From: a virus
Strand: one strand, 5' to 3'
DNA: 64,000 nucleotides
IMG/VR virus record: IMGVR_UViG_3300037119_005846
Span: 1-64,000 of that record
The position numbers were made by a program, and so were the translations under genes. The notes under the pieces were generated by a model, which saw only the letters and a program-made list of their open reading frames with translations, had not been told where the DNA came from and made no database searches. Below, piece after piece: positions 1 through 9,580 of the stretch. How positions within the stretch are numbered: the stretch's first letter is position 1; every line of letters begins with the position of its first letter.

Positions 1-2
1 AA

Positions 3-2798
3 ACGCTGAGCACTGACGCATGGAAGACAGTCGGCAAGCCGGGCAAGGTCCAGTACGCCGCGCCCGGCGACGTCACTATCCCGCAGACGTCCAATGCGGT
101 CGAGATCTATCGCGAGTTCGCGCACACTCGCAAGCTGACGCGCGATGGCTTCGTGCCCGCGATCGGCATGCACGTGCGCGACGCCGAGGGTCATCAGCTC
201 GTCATCACCCGCATCGCCCAGACGCACAGCGGCAACCCGTCGACGGTGTGGACGGTCGACGTCGATAACATCTGGGCCGACCCTGTCGGTCGCCAGCCGT
301 CTCGCCTCTGGGTCGATCACGCCGCCGAGCTGGCGACCGCCGACGGCCAGCCGCTCCCGAAAGTCTCCTCGTTCTACATGAGCGCGAACGACAAGGGTGT
401 CTCTCTTCCGTCTGGCGCGATCGTCTACAGCTACGAGGAATACGACTACGTCGGCAATCGCAACATGATCATGAAGAAGTACTTCATGTCAATGCCAGAC
501 GGCACTGCTCGCGCGATTCACTCGAATGGCATAGGCGAGGCGATCGCACCGGACAAGATGAATCAGATCTTGACCTCGAAGAAGCCACAGAAGATCGCAT
601 ACGCAGACGAGCTGTCAGACACGATGATCACGTTCGAGTCCGTGCTGAAGAATAGCTACGGCAGCCAAGTGATCTCGGGACTCTGGATTCACTCGACGGC
701 AGATGGCGCGCTCGAGCAACTGAAGGCCGAGGTCCATCAGAAGAAGCTCGACGCCGGCATCGTCGAACCGGAGAAGTTCTCTGGCTCGATCGCGCACCTG
801 ATCCGCTTGCCGAAGCCGTCGACAGCGCCGAAAACCGGTGACGTCGTCGCGCCTACGAACCCGCCGCCACTCATCGTTGCTGAGCCAGACAGGCTCCGCG
901 GCGCGCCCGCGATCGGTGGCTCGTACTCGATCGAGTCCGGCATCACTCAGCTACGAGTGAAGAAGGCTGCGGGCGGACCTGGCTCGCACACTCTGTACTC
1001 GATGGGTGACAGCGACTACATCGAGGATATGAGCATCAGGGTGCAGGCATCGGTCGATCAGGACGGCGTCGAGTACAACGAAGTGCGGTTCCGTTTGCTC
1101 GAGGACAAAGTCGATGACCTGGCTGATCGGCTGATTATCTCCGACAACGGGAAGGTCGGCGACTGGAAGCAAGCTGAGATGCACAGCCCCGACGATCTCG
1201 TCGCCGGCGACTCGGTCAGCATTCGCATCAGCTCGACCGGCACGCTGAAGCCAGATGACGGCTACTACCCCAACGCGACAGTCGTCGGAATACCTGTGAA
1301 AGTTGGCGTCACCGATAACGGCTTCGATGCATATGAGGTTCAGGTCGCGATGGCTAGTGGCACGGTCGGCAGGATGATCCTCGAGAAGCGGCCTGTAGCC
1401 TCCGTCCGGACGTTCGAGTGGGATCCACTGAAGCCGATACCGAGCAAGAACTTCCAGGGCTCTGTCAATCCGGACGCCATTAACATGGGCTGGTCGATGT
1501 GGCAGTCCAACGCGGTCGGTTACGAAGCGCTGTCTGGCAGCAATACCATGGTCGACAAGGCCGGTAACAAGCTGTTTGACCTGAACAAGCCGGCTATGAC
1601 GACGGTCGCGTCGCAGAATGGCGCGATGCGTCTGCGATTCGACGCCGGTGATGGCGGCTCAATGCTCGTTCAAGTGACTCATACGGCCGCTGAGAAGCGA
1701 GTCGATACCATCAATCATAACGGCGACAACAGATCGCGTCGCGCGACCGTGAACGGTGAAGTAATCATCCGCGTCCGTGCCGATGACCCCGAGGGACTGA
1801 GCAAGATCAGCCAGATGATGTCGGCTGCCGGCGTCCCGCCCGAGGCGCAGGGCCAGCCGACTGGAATCCAGCTGCGGAAGATGGCACTGAACAAAGTAGC
1901 CAAGCAGCTAGCGCCGTCGTACCAGCACATGAGGCGGCCGGATGTCACCGGTGAGGATGACGCAAGTGCGACAGCAGTTCTCTCTATGATCCAGAAGCGC
2001 GCGCCGGCTCTCGGTCGACCGGCGACGATGGACGACATCTTGATCCGTACAGGACCTGATGGCCGTGTTCAGGTCGTCTTCAGCGACGAGGTCGCTGAAG
2101 CAATGACAAAGAACTTCCCCTTCGACTACGCCTATCACTCGTTCTCGTTCAGGCCCGGCGGCTCGTTCACCTCGAACATCCTCAACAGCCCCGTGGCGAC
2201 CGGACTGATGTCGACAGACGAGCGCTGGAGTCAGGGAATCCTGATCTCGGGTGGCAGCTCGAAGGATGACGTCAGTAACGACGCCGGCAACCGCATCTTC
2301 TTCCGCGTGGCAAAGGGCAAGAAGGAGAACCTGGTCGGTGACAACCTGCTGTTCATCAGCGGCGTGTCGATAGCGAAGCTCGTTGACACGTACTTCAATC
2401 CGGGCGATCGCTACGGGAAGCGCAGCTACAGCAACGGCTCGCAGTACGGCAGTGACAGCTACTTGACTAACAACGAGATCATGATCAAGAAGAAGGTCGA
2501 TCCCGAGATGTTCGGATTCGTCATCGTGGGAAGTGAGTCCGTTCGGCAGAAGCGCATCAGCGAGCTGAAGGCATCTGGCGTGACAGAGATCGGTGGGCGT
2601 GCGATCGAGGACGTCATTGTCGTCAGCGGCACGAAGACGTCAGCGGACCTCGGCAGCATCGGCCAGGTCTGGGGCACTGAGGTCCCGATCACAAGCATTC
2701 CTGGCGCGCCAGTCAGCGCGACGACACCGACACCGACGGGCATCCTTCCGACCGTGCCTGTCACGGTGACACCGCCAGTCGCGGGACCGATCGTATGA
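3..2798 (+). CDS. Giant phage protein, 5'-truncated by the window edge; possible virion-packaged protein with a C-terminal ADP-ribosyltransferase-like domain
   Basis: Frame is open from base 3 to the stop at 2798 (>930 aa). C-terminal YH..(I)L...GLMS...S...FFR...NEIM pattern recalls ART folds. Lies directly upstream of head genes. Confidence 0.5.
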   Translation, partial: TLSTDAWKTVGKPGKVQYAAPGDVTIPQTSNAVEIYREFAHTRKLTRDGFVPAIGMHVRDAEGHQLVITRIAQTHSGNPSTVWTVDVDNIWADPVGRQPSRLWVDHAAELATADGQPLPKVSSFYMSANDKGVSLPSGAIVYSYEEYDYVGNRNMIMKKYFMSMPDGTARAIHSNGIGEAIAPDKMNQILTSKKPQKIAYADELSDTMITFESVLKNSYGSQVISGLWIHSTADGALEQLKAEVHQKKLDAGIVEPEKFSGSIAHLIRLPKPSTAPKTGDVVAPTNPPPLIVAEPDRLRGAPAIGGSYSIESGITQLRVKKAAGGPGSHTLYSMGDSDYIEDMSIRVQASVDQDGVEYNEVRFRLLEDKVDDLADRLIISDNGKVGDWKQAEMHSPDDLVAGDSVSIRISSTGTLKPDDGYYPNATVVGIPVKVGVTDNGFDAYEVQVAMASGTVGRMILEKRPVASVRTFEWDPLKPIPSKNFQGSVNPDAINMGWSMWQSNAVGYEALSGSNTMVDKAGNKLFDLNKPAMTTVASQNGAMRLRFDAGDGGSMLVQVTHTAAEKRVDTINHNGDNRSRRATVNGEVIIRVRADDPEGLSKISQMMSAAGVPPEAQGQPTGIQLRKMALNKVAKQLAPSYQHMRRPDVTGEDDASATAVLSMIQKRAPALGRPATMDDILIRTGPDGRVQVVFSDEVAEAMTKNFPFDYAYHSFSFRPGGSFTSNILNSPVATGLMSTDERWSQGILISGGSSKDDVSNDAGNRIFFRVAKGKKENLVGDNLLFISGVSIAKLVDTYFNPGDRYGKRSYSNGSQYGSDSYLTNNEIMIKKKVDPEMFGFVIVGSESVRQKRISELKASGVTEIGGRAIEDVIVVSGTKTSADLGSIGQVWGTEVPITSIPGAPVSATTPTPTGILPTVPVTVTPPVAGPIV

Positions 2799-3640
2799 GG
2801 CGCGTCATCAGCAGGCCTGCCACAGTCGTGATGTCGTACGACGACGGCGAAGACTACATGATCTACCTCGAGGCACGGATCACCGACGAGCATCAGTTCC
2901 CGACGACTGTGGAGCTCGACGACGGCTACAGCAACCGCATGGTCGACATCGGTCAGATCGACTTAGACATTCCCGGCATGCTCACGGGAGTGACCGCTCC
3001 GAGTGGATACGGCATCACCATCCGTCCAGTTGAGGACGACGACTGCGTCGGAATGATGGGCATGCCCGACTTCCCCTGCCCGGCGGTTGTCGTCGGTGCA
3101 ATAATCGCCGGAGAGAACATGGACACTCACATCGAGGCAATGGTCGAGAGCGATGGCTTCGTCAGCACGCTGATGCTGGTCACCGACGTCGGCCTCTGGC
3201 TGCGGTACTCAAGCGGCTGGATCAAGCTCAACGACGTCTCACTGATTGACGGCCTCGGCGCAGTCAACGTCGAGGGTGGATCGGTAGACCTGTACGACGC
3301 AGCAGATCGCGCCGGCAAGCAGCTGCCGATCAGCTCGCTGCCAGGCTCGGGCGAGAACGCGTCCGGGCCGTACTACACAGACATCTATGTCGCCGCCAAC
3401 GCGAGCATGACGTTCACGGAGCCGGTCACGGCATCAATGGCGACAGTCAGTGTCAAGATCGACACGGTCCGCGACTTGCCTGGCGCAGTCGAAGCAGCCG
3501 CGAGTGATGAGTCGATCCGCTGGTATGTCGAGCGACGCGCTCGCGCGCTTGACCCGGAGTATCCGCTGCCGTGGCGCGACGGCGAAGCAGTGCTTCCGCT
3601 CACTGACCCATCGCGCGCTAGCGAGCTGAATGGTGAGTGA
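2795..3640 (+). CDS. Hypothetical head-associated protein with a short C-terminal DUF6582-like motif
   Basis: ATGA-coupled to the previous gene. C-terminus IDTVRDL..AV...RWYVERRARAL....LPW resembles the small helical module at the end of the protease. Confidence 0.55.
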   Translation: MRRVISRPATVVMSYDDGEDYMIYLEARITDEHQFPTTVELDDGYSNRMVDIGQIDLDIPGMLTGVTAPSGYGITIRPVEDDDCVGMMGMPDFPCPAVVVGAIIAGENMDTHIEAMVESDGFVSTLMLVTDVGLWLRYSSGWIKLNDVSLIDGLGAVNVEGGSVDLYDAADRAGKQLPISSLPGSGENASGPYYTDIYVAANASMTFTEPVTASMATVSVKIDTVRDLPGAVEAAASDESIRWYVERRARALDPEYPLPWRDGEAVLPLTDPSRASELNGE

Positions 3641-4595
3641 GCGCACGTACCCGGTCCCGGCGCGAATCAGCTCGCCGCTGCTTGGCACCGCGGCGACGAT
3701 GAGCGACATCGACTTGCTCGTCGAGGCCGGATACGGGTCAGCAGCTGAGCGGCAGTGGGCGATCGGCGTGCGAAGCAAGTTTGTCTCATCGCGTCTCGAT
3801 CTCGTGTGCGAGAATGATGTGCTTCCGATGGGACTAGTCGCGGATGCTGGTGACGTAGACATCGTCGTCGCTCTGACTGACGGTCCGCGAGTGTGGCGCG
3901 GTGAGTGGATGGACGCTATGCCTGTTCACTACGACGACGTCATTCAGTTGACTGGTGAGGAGATCGCTTTCTCAGTCGAGGCGTTGAGCGCTGGCGCTGG
4001 CCTGGCCCTGCATGCTGCTTGTCCTTTGGGCTTCCTCAGCCGCGCAGTAACAGCCGCGGCGGAGCCGAGCAACATGAAGATCATTGCGGTCGTCGACAGA
4101 GTCGACCGGGATGCTGTGCTTGAGCTGCTCGCGATTGCGCCCGGTCCAATCGTGTTCCGTCGCAACGACGGCAAGTGGGAGCGCGACAACGACTGGCTGC
4201 GTCAGCTGAAGGGTGTCAAGCCGCCGCCGATCGTCGCGCTTGACGATAACGCGGCCGCAGGTATCATCGCCCAGGTCGATGCGTCGACGAAGGGCAAGGA
4301 GTTCAAGCCGCAGCAGGCGAGTGGGTTCGACTCACGCTTACACGAGATTAGTCTCGAGTGGTGGCTGCGCTCAGCGGCGCCGGCACCTATCACAGCGGCT
4401 ATGCCGGCTAAGCTTGCTAAATACTGGTTGTTCGGCGCGGGCGCATCGAAAATCCGGTGGGGAACACCTGGCGCTTGGCGAAGGTGTCATCGACAGTTGT
4501 CGAAATACTTTGACCCGTACCGAGCTAAAGGCGCGTGTACGAACTTGGCATCCCGTATCGGCGGCCATGGAATTGCAACTCATGTGGGTGGGTGA
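3630..4595 (+). CDS. Head-associated protein with C-terminal KIRWGTPG domain
   Basis: LAKYW..G.GASKIRWGTPGAWRRC..QLSKY....AKGACTNL matches a small module recurrent in actinophage head-morphogenesis proteins. Confidence 0.6.
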   Translation: MVSERTYPVPARISSPLLGTAATMSDIDLLVEAGYGSAAERQWAIGVRSKFVSSRLDLVCENDVLPMGLVADAGDVDIVVALTDGPRVWRGEWMDAMPVHYDDVIQLTGEEIAFSVEALSAGAGLALHAACPLGFLSRAVTAAAEPSNMKIIAVVDRVDRDAVLELLAIAPGPIVFRRNDGKWERDNDWLRQLKGVKPPPIVALDDNAAAGIIAQVDASTKGKEFKPQQASGFDSRLHEISLEWWLRSAAPAPITAAMPAKLAKYWLFGAGASKIRWGTPGAWRRCHRQLSKYFDPYRAKGACTNLASRIGGHGIATHVGG

Positions 4596-5107
4596 ATCCG
4601 CTTCACGTGACGGGAAAGCCAAGTGTGAGGAATCATTTCACTGCAGACCTCACACTGCACTCGTTTTGCTTTTGCGTTAGGAGTAATACACTTGTGCCGA
4701 GAGAAGTTTGTGACGGTCATTGTGCGGTCACACAGTGCGCAGTATCTGAGCTTGTGAGGTCGTGCTTTCGCAGCGACTGACATTCGAGCACGTGTCTCTG
4801 CTGACATCTTGTGACCCTTCCGTGTGCCACCGGTCCACGGTACGCCGGCGCCTCGCCGAAGTCGCTGCCAATGCTTTGCATTCTCAGACCTTGGCGCGAG
4901 TCTGAGGTGGGACGGTCGGACGCAGAGGTTACGCTCATGCCATCGCTCGCATAGATGCATCCAGACGTTGTGATGATCATTCTGCCCCAGCACATCGTGG
5001 AACCATCGATCGACGTCTGCTCGGTACTGCAAAGAGACCCAGCACTCCGTCTCGAACCCGCGGTTCATCACGATGTACGGGAATGGCGGGGTAGGATCTG
5101 CGGTCAT
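4580..5107 (-). CDS. Free-standing HNH homing endonuclease with NUMOD3 motif and C-terminal Zn fingers
   Basis: CW...MHLC.....CVRPSHL......EN HNH core; GHKMSAETRARMS NUMOD3; AAGGAGG RBS on the minus strand. Confidence 0.8.
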   Translation of the reverse strand: MTADPTPPFPYIVMNRGFETECWVSLQYRADVDRWFHDVLGQNDHHNVWMHLCERWHERNLCVRPSHLRLAPRSENAKHWQRLRRGAGVPWTGGTRKGHKMSAETRARMSVAAKARPHKLRYCALCDRTMTVTNFSRHKCITPNAKAKRVQCEVCSEMIPHTWLSRHVKRIHPPT

Positions 5108-5131
5108 CGGGCCTCCTTAACAGGTTCGATC

Positions 5132-5163
5132 TCGGCCGGGTGTGATCGCACGCGCCCGGCCGA
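5132..5163 (+). terminator. GC-rich stem-loop, probable terminator
   Basis: TCGGCCGGGTGTG / CGCGCCCGGCCGA arms with G-U pairs; intergenic. Confidence 0.55.
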
Positions 5164-5202
5164 ACCAGCTTACTTCAGAGCAACAGAGTAATATCCGATC
5201 TT

Positions 5203-6411
5203 GTGATCGACACCTTAGACGGCCTGTACACCGCAGACGCGATGTGGACGGGGATGGTGCGCGAAGACGTCACCGCTCTTCTCGCGTCGACGTTCCCTGT
5301 CAAGCCACCGCGAGGCTGGTTCGAGAACCCCCAGTTCACGGCGGTGACGCCGATGACCGTGCAGTCAGACGGTCGCGTGATGGGGCACGTCGCTGGTTGG
5401 CGCGACAGTCACATCGGAATGGCCGGCGGTGTCAAGGCGCCGCGCAGCAAGAGCAACTACGCGTTCTTCAGTACCGGCGCGATCGAGTGCGATGACGGCA
5501 GTTATGTCAACGTCGGCCAGGTGACGCTGGCCGGCGGGCACGCGCCGCTGGAAGCGTCCGTGGCCGAGGCGGTCGCTCACTACGACAACACGAAGTCTGC
5601 AGTCATGGACGTCACAGCCGGCGAGGATGACTACGGCATCTGGGTCGCCGGCGCGCTCCGGCCTGAGGTCAACGAGATGCAGCTCCGCTCGATCCGAGCG
5701 TCAAGCGTGTCCGGCGACTGGCGGCCGATCAACGGGAACCTCGAGCTGGTTGCCGTCTGCGCGGTCAACGTCCCCGGATTCCCCATCCCGCGGGCCCGAG
5801 TGGCGTCCGGGCAGGTCGTGGCCCTGGTCGCAGCTGGGACCGAGGAACTGGTCTCTCAGGCCATCATGGACCGCGTCGGAGCAGACGTCATGGGCATTGT
5901 CACGGGCTCTGTCGGTGCGGTCAGCGAGCGCCTGGCGCTGGTCGAGGACGCGCTGCTCAACCGCGTGCGCGAGCGGCGCGAGCAGATCGCTGATGCGGTC
6001 GCGGCGGTCGTGGCCTCCGGTTCATCGGCCGCGGCCGCCGCGGATCTTCGCGCTCGAGTGCACGCGGTCACTGCCGCGGCAGGTGACACGTCGTGGGTCG
6101 ACGGCGCACCGATCGAGAACAGCACGGCAGAGTGCCTTCAGGCGAGTCTCCGCGCTCGAGTGGCCAGCGCTGAGATCGTCGGGACCGCGTCATCTCACTG
6201 GAAGTCCGAGAAGCGCAAGACAGCGGCAGCTAAGGGACAGGCGCTGCCGGATGGCTCGTTCCCGGTCGCTGACAAGACTGACTGGTACAAGGCTCGTCAG
6301 GCGCTCGGGCGTGCGAAGAATCGCGCTCGCGTCGTCAGGCACTTACGCTCTCGCGGTCGCACGCTGGGGATTCCGAAGAAGGAACTCGACTCTTTGCACG
6401 CGACGGCCTGA
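5203..6411 (+). CDS. Capsid maturation (prohead) protease with C-terminal DUF6582-like module
   Basis: GHVAGW, AGGHA, GIWVAG and SVSGDWR..NGNLELVAVCAVNVPGFP motifs typical of actinophage maturation proteases; ALPDGSFPV..D...A.Q.LGRA tail; upstream of the capsid gene. Confidence 0.75.
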   Translation: MIDTLDGLYTADAMWTGMVREDVTALLASTFPVKPPRGWFENPQFTAVTPMTVQSDGRVMGHVAGWRDSHIGMAGGVKAPRSKSNYAFFSTGAIECDDGSYVNVGQVTLAGGHAPLEASVAEAVAHYDNTKSAVMDVTAGEDDYGIWVAGALRPEVNEMQLRSIRASSVSGDWRPINGNLELVAVCAVNVPGFPIPRARVASGQVVALVAAGTEELVSQAIMDRVGADVMGIVTGSVGAVSERLALVEDALLNRVRERREQIADAVAAVVASGSSAAAAADLRARVHAVTAAAGDTSWVDGAPIENSTAECLQASLRARVASAEIVGTASSHWKSEKRKTAAAKGQALPDGSFPVADKTDWYKARQALGRAKNRARVVRHLRSRGRTLGIPKKELDSLHATA

Positions 6412-6460
6412 CACTGGTGGAGCCGCCGCAGGTGCGGCGGTGAGATGACGGTGGTGACAG

Positions 6461-6718
6461 ATGCTCAAAGGACGCTCTGTCATTGAGACAATGATCATCG
6501 CCTTCACGGCGATCGTCGTGTTCGTGATGTTCGCGACGGCGACGACGATCGCCATCGTGGAGATCCTCTCTCACGGTGACGCCAACACCGATAACGCCGT
6601 GGATGGCCTGATGTCACTCATCAGTGCCATCCTCGGTGCGTTGCTCGGGTTGATCGCCGGCAAGTCGGACACAATCAACAAGCCGCCGCCTAAGCCGCCC
6701 GAGGAGCCGCCGTCGTGA
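6461..6718 (+). CDS. Small two-TM membrane protein
   Basis: Two hydrophobic stretches and a Pro-rich tail. Confidence 0.65.
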   Translation: MLKGRSVIETMIIAFTAIVVFVMFATATTIAIVEILSHGDANTDNAVDGLMSLISAILGALLGLIAGKSDTINKPPPKPPEEPPS

Positions 6719-7572
6719 GCAAGTTTCTGCCGCTCTACATCCTGGCCGGTGTGTCAATCAGCACGGGCGCCTCAACTGCAGCGGTGTTAGCGGCCACTGA
6801 CGGCGCCGGTGGTGTGACACCAGTAACCACAGTCGTCAATGTCCCTACTGGCACTGTCTCGTTCGAGGTCATCCCCGGCCCGGCCGGTCCGGAGGGACCA
6901 CAGGGCGAGCAAGGTGAGCAGGGAGTTCGTGGTCCATCCGGAAGCGACGGTGAAGATGGCGAGTCGATCGTTGGCCCGCCCGGCTCGCCCGGCAATGATG
7001 GTGAAAGCATCATTGGCCCAGCGGGACCACCCGGAAGCGACGGCGAGGACGGCAGTGATGGGATCGCTGGCGAATCGATCACCGGACCTGCTGGTCCTGC
7101 CGGACCGCAGGGTGAGCCGGGCCAGGACGGCAGCGACGGCAACGACGGCCAGTCGATCCAAGGCGAGCAAGGCGAGCGCGGACCAGCCGGCCCGCGGGGC
7201 TCGCCCGGCGAGAACACGCCGGTTCCCGGTCCTCGAGGTGAGCCGGGCCCACCAGGAAGCATTGGTCCGGCCGGGCCGCCTGGAAGCTCGGTGACGGGAC
7301 CGGCCGGACCGGCCGGGCCTGCCGGCCCGCCGGGGGCTGACTCACAGATTCCAGGCCCCGCCGGTCCGCCCGGAAGCTCGGTCGTCGGTCCGGCGGGTCC
7401 AGCCGGGCCGCAGGGTGAGATCGGTCCGCAGGGCGAGCAAGGACCGCAGGGCGAGCAGGGCCCAGCCGGCGACTCTAGCGGATGGTGCCCCGGCTCGATC
7501 ACGCAGATCGTCGTCCATCAGCGTGTCCCATTCGACGGCGATGTCGCGATAGTCGCGTGTGTTGTTGGCTGA
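6715..7572 (+). CDS. Collagen-like (Gly-X-Y) protein with N-terminal signal/membrane anchor
   Basis: About 200 aa of GPA/GPQ/GEQ triplets after a hydrophobic N-terminus; two C-terminal Cys. Confidence 0.85.
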   Translation: MSKFLPLYILAGVSISTGASTAAVLAATDGAGGVTPVTTVVNVPTGTVSFEVIPGPAGPEGPQGEQGEQGVRGPSGSDGEDGESIVGPPGSPGNDGESIIGPAGPPGSDGEDGSDGIAGESITGPAGPAGPQGEPGQDGSDGNDGQSIQGEQGERGPAGPRGSPGENTPVPGPRGEPGPPGSIGPAGPPGSSVTGPAGPAGPAGPPGADSQIPGPAGPPGSSVVGPAGPAGPQGEIGPQGEQGPQGEQGPAGDSSGWCPGSITQIVVHQRVPFDGDVAIVACVVG

Positions 7573-7574
7573 CG

Positions 7575-7583
7575 TGGTATACT
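7575..7583 (+). promoter_or_regulatory. Extended -10 promoter (TGGTATACT) for the capsid gene
   Basis: TGn-TATACT just after the collagen stop, about 90 nt before the capsid start. Confidence 0.5.
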
Positions 7584-7671
7584 TCCTCCTCAGCGAGCGA
7601 CTCCGGAGTTCCGTGAGTACCTCACCTCTGACTGAGACGAGCACTTCAGCCGACCAGGTGAGGAGATCACG

Positions 7672-9522
7672 TTGAACGGCAACGACCAGTTCGATGATCG
7701 ACTCTCACGTCTCACTGAGCTCAATGACGACGAACTGTCCAACCTCGAAGAGGAAATGGTAGCGGCCTTCGATGCCGCTGACTCCGCCGGAGACGTCGAC
7801 CAGATGCAGCAGCTTGCTGATGCTCTGGACGGTGTTCGCGCAGAGAAGGCGAATCGCGAGAGCGCGGCCGGAACCGCCGAAGAGGCGACAGCACCTGCAG
7901 AGGAGGCGCCGATGGCGCCAGCCGTTGCAGCGTCCGCAGAGAGCGAAGACGAGAGTGGAGAGAACGACAAGCCCAATGGCGAGAGCGAAGCCACTCCGGA
8001 AGAACCCAGTGGAGACGAAGCACCAGGAGACGCGGAAGCCGCTCCCGAGGATGCGCCCGTCGAGCCACCGGACCCCGAGGCAGACGCCGTCGCATCCGAT
8101 GACACGACTAACGAGGAGGAGACCGTGAAGGTCACCAACGCGGACGTTCCCGCCGACAACCAGCCGGTGACGGCTTCCGCGGGTCCGGCCTACACCATCA
8201 CTGCTGGCGGGGACATTCCCACTATCACGGCCGGCAGCCCACTCAACGACATGGACGAAGTCGTCGATGCCATGGTCAAGAAGGTCAACGCCATGCGCGG
8301 CGTTGGCGGCGACGGCGAGCAGGTCATTGTCGCCTCACTTCGTCGAGATCTCGAAGACGAGTTCGGCGATGATCGTGTCCTGCGTCGCGGCGACACCGAG
8401 GGCAACTCTGCCAAGATCCGGAAGTTCAACCAGGAGAACCACACCGTCGAGTCGCTGACCGCGGCCGGCTGGTGCGCTCCCAAGACGCCGATGTACGACA
8501 TTCCCGGCGTCGGCTCGACGGCAACGCCCGTCGCTGACAGCCTGGCGTCGTTCGGCGTCGACCGTGGCGGGATCATCTGGACCGAGCCGCCCTCCCTGGG
8601 CACGTTCTCGACTCAGCTGGCGACACTCGGCGTCTGGAAGAACACGGCGACCCCGCCGACTCAGACGTGGCAGTACGTCCCGGGCACGACCGGCGCCGGC
8701 ACGCCGGCCAACACCAAGCCGTGCATCGACGTCCCGTGCGGCACAGAGCGCAGTGCCGAGCTGATCGCCATCCCGCTCTGCCTTTGCTTCGAGGTCCTCA
8801 TGAGCCGGGTCAACCCCGAGCTCGTGAAGGCGTCGACCGATCTGGTCCTCGTCGGTCAGGCTCGGTTCAAGGAGCAGTGGCTGCTGGCTCAGATGTTCGG
8901 AGCCTCCGGCGTGGTCAACACGCCGGCGACGATCGGCACGCCTGACACGCCGCTTGGTATCGCCCGCGACTTCCTCGTCGGCGTACGACTCGTGGCAAGC
9001 CAGTTCCGCTGGCGAAACCGTCTCGACGCGGGCCAGCAAGTCGTGCTCTACGCTCCGGCGTGGCTGCGCGACGCGATTGCCAGCGACCTGGCGATCCAGA
9101 TGCCCGGCGACGACACCCTCGACACCGGCTACTCCGAGGTCGACGGCTACCTGACCAGCGTCAACGTCAGCCCGGTGTGGTTCATCGACGACGTCCCGAC
9201 GGGAGTCGGCACCGGCGCGACTGCGGCAACGTCGAACTTCGACTCGTACCTCGGGTACGGGACACCGGCAGAGTGGCTGATGACTCTTCCCGGCGTCTTC
9301 ACTCGCCTCGACGGCGGGACGCTGGATCTCGGCGTGGTCCGCACCAAGGACGATGTCCTGGCCAACAAGTACTGCGAGTTCGCGGAGACGTTTGAGTCGG
9401 TTGCCTACATGGGACCGACCGTTGCCGCCAACGCGTGGGCAATCCGTGGCACGACGCCAGTCGCTCTCCGCGGTGGGTTCGCTCCCGCCGTGGCCAGCCT
9501 GACGAGTGTCTTCGCTGAATAA
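7672..9522 (+). CDS. Major capsid protein with N-terminal acidic scaffold-like region
   Basis: 616 aa, TTG start with GAGGAG RBS. Coiled-coil/acidic N-terminus, then LTAAGWCAP, RGGI, KPCIDVPC and LDGGTLDLGVVR..D...N.Y..F.ETFE motifs typical of actinophage major capsid (hexamer) proteins. Confidence 0.85.
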   Translation: MNGNDQFDDRLSRLTELNDDELSNLEEEMVAAFDAADSAGDVDQMQQLADALDGVRAEKANRESAAGTAEEATAPAEEAPMAPAVAASAESEDESGENDKPNGESEATPEEPSGDEAPGDAEAAPEDAPVEPPDPEADAVASDDTTNEEETVKVTNADVPADNQPVTASAGPAYTITAGGDIPTITAGSPLNDMDEVVDAMVKKVNAMRGVGGDGEQVIVASLRRDLEDEFGDDRVLRRGDTEGNSAKIRKFNQENHTVESLTAAGWCAPKTPMYDIPGVGSTATPVADSLASFGVDRGGIIWTEPPSLGTFSTQLATLGVWKNTATPPTQTWQYVPGTTGAGTPANTKPCIDVPCGTERSAELIAIPLCLCFEVLMSRVNPELVKASTDLVLVGQARFKEQWLLAQMFGASGVVNTPATIGTPDTPLGIARDFLVGVRLVASQFRWRNRLDAGQQVVLYAPAWLRDAIASDLAIQMPGDDTLDTGYSEVDGYLTSVNVSPVWFIDDVPTGVGTGATAATSNFDSYLGYGTPAEWLMTLPGVFTRLDGGTLDLGVVRTKDDVLANKYCEFAETFESVAYMGPTVAANAWAIRGTTPVALRGGFAPAVASLTSVFAE

Positions 9523-9529
9523 GCCGTCT

Positions 9530-9555
9530 GCGGGTGCACGGTGACGTGCACCCGC
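9530..9555 (+). terminator. Perfect 11-bp stem-loop after the capsid gene
   Basis: GCGGGTGCACG-GTGA-CGTGCACCCGC. Confidence 0.7.
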
Positions 9556-9580
9556 CTGATCCCTTGAAAGGAGGGACGTC

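Noticed and set aside
4580-5200. Group I intron housing the HNH
   Set aside because: Flanking genes appear complete, the HNH is antisense, and no intron core was recognised.
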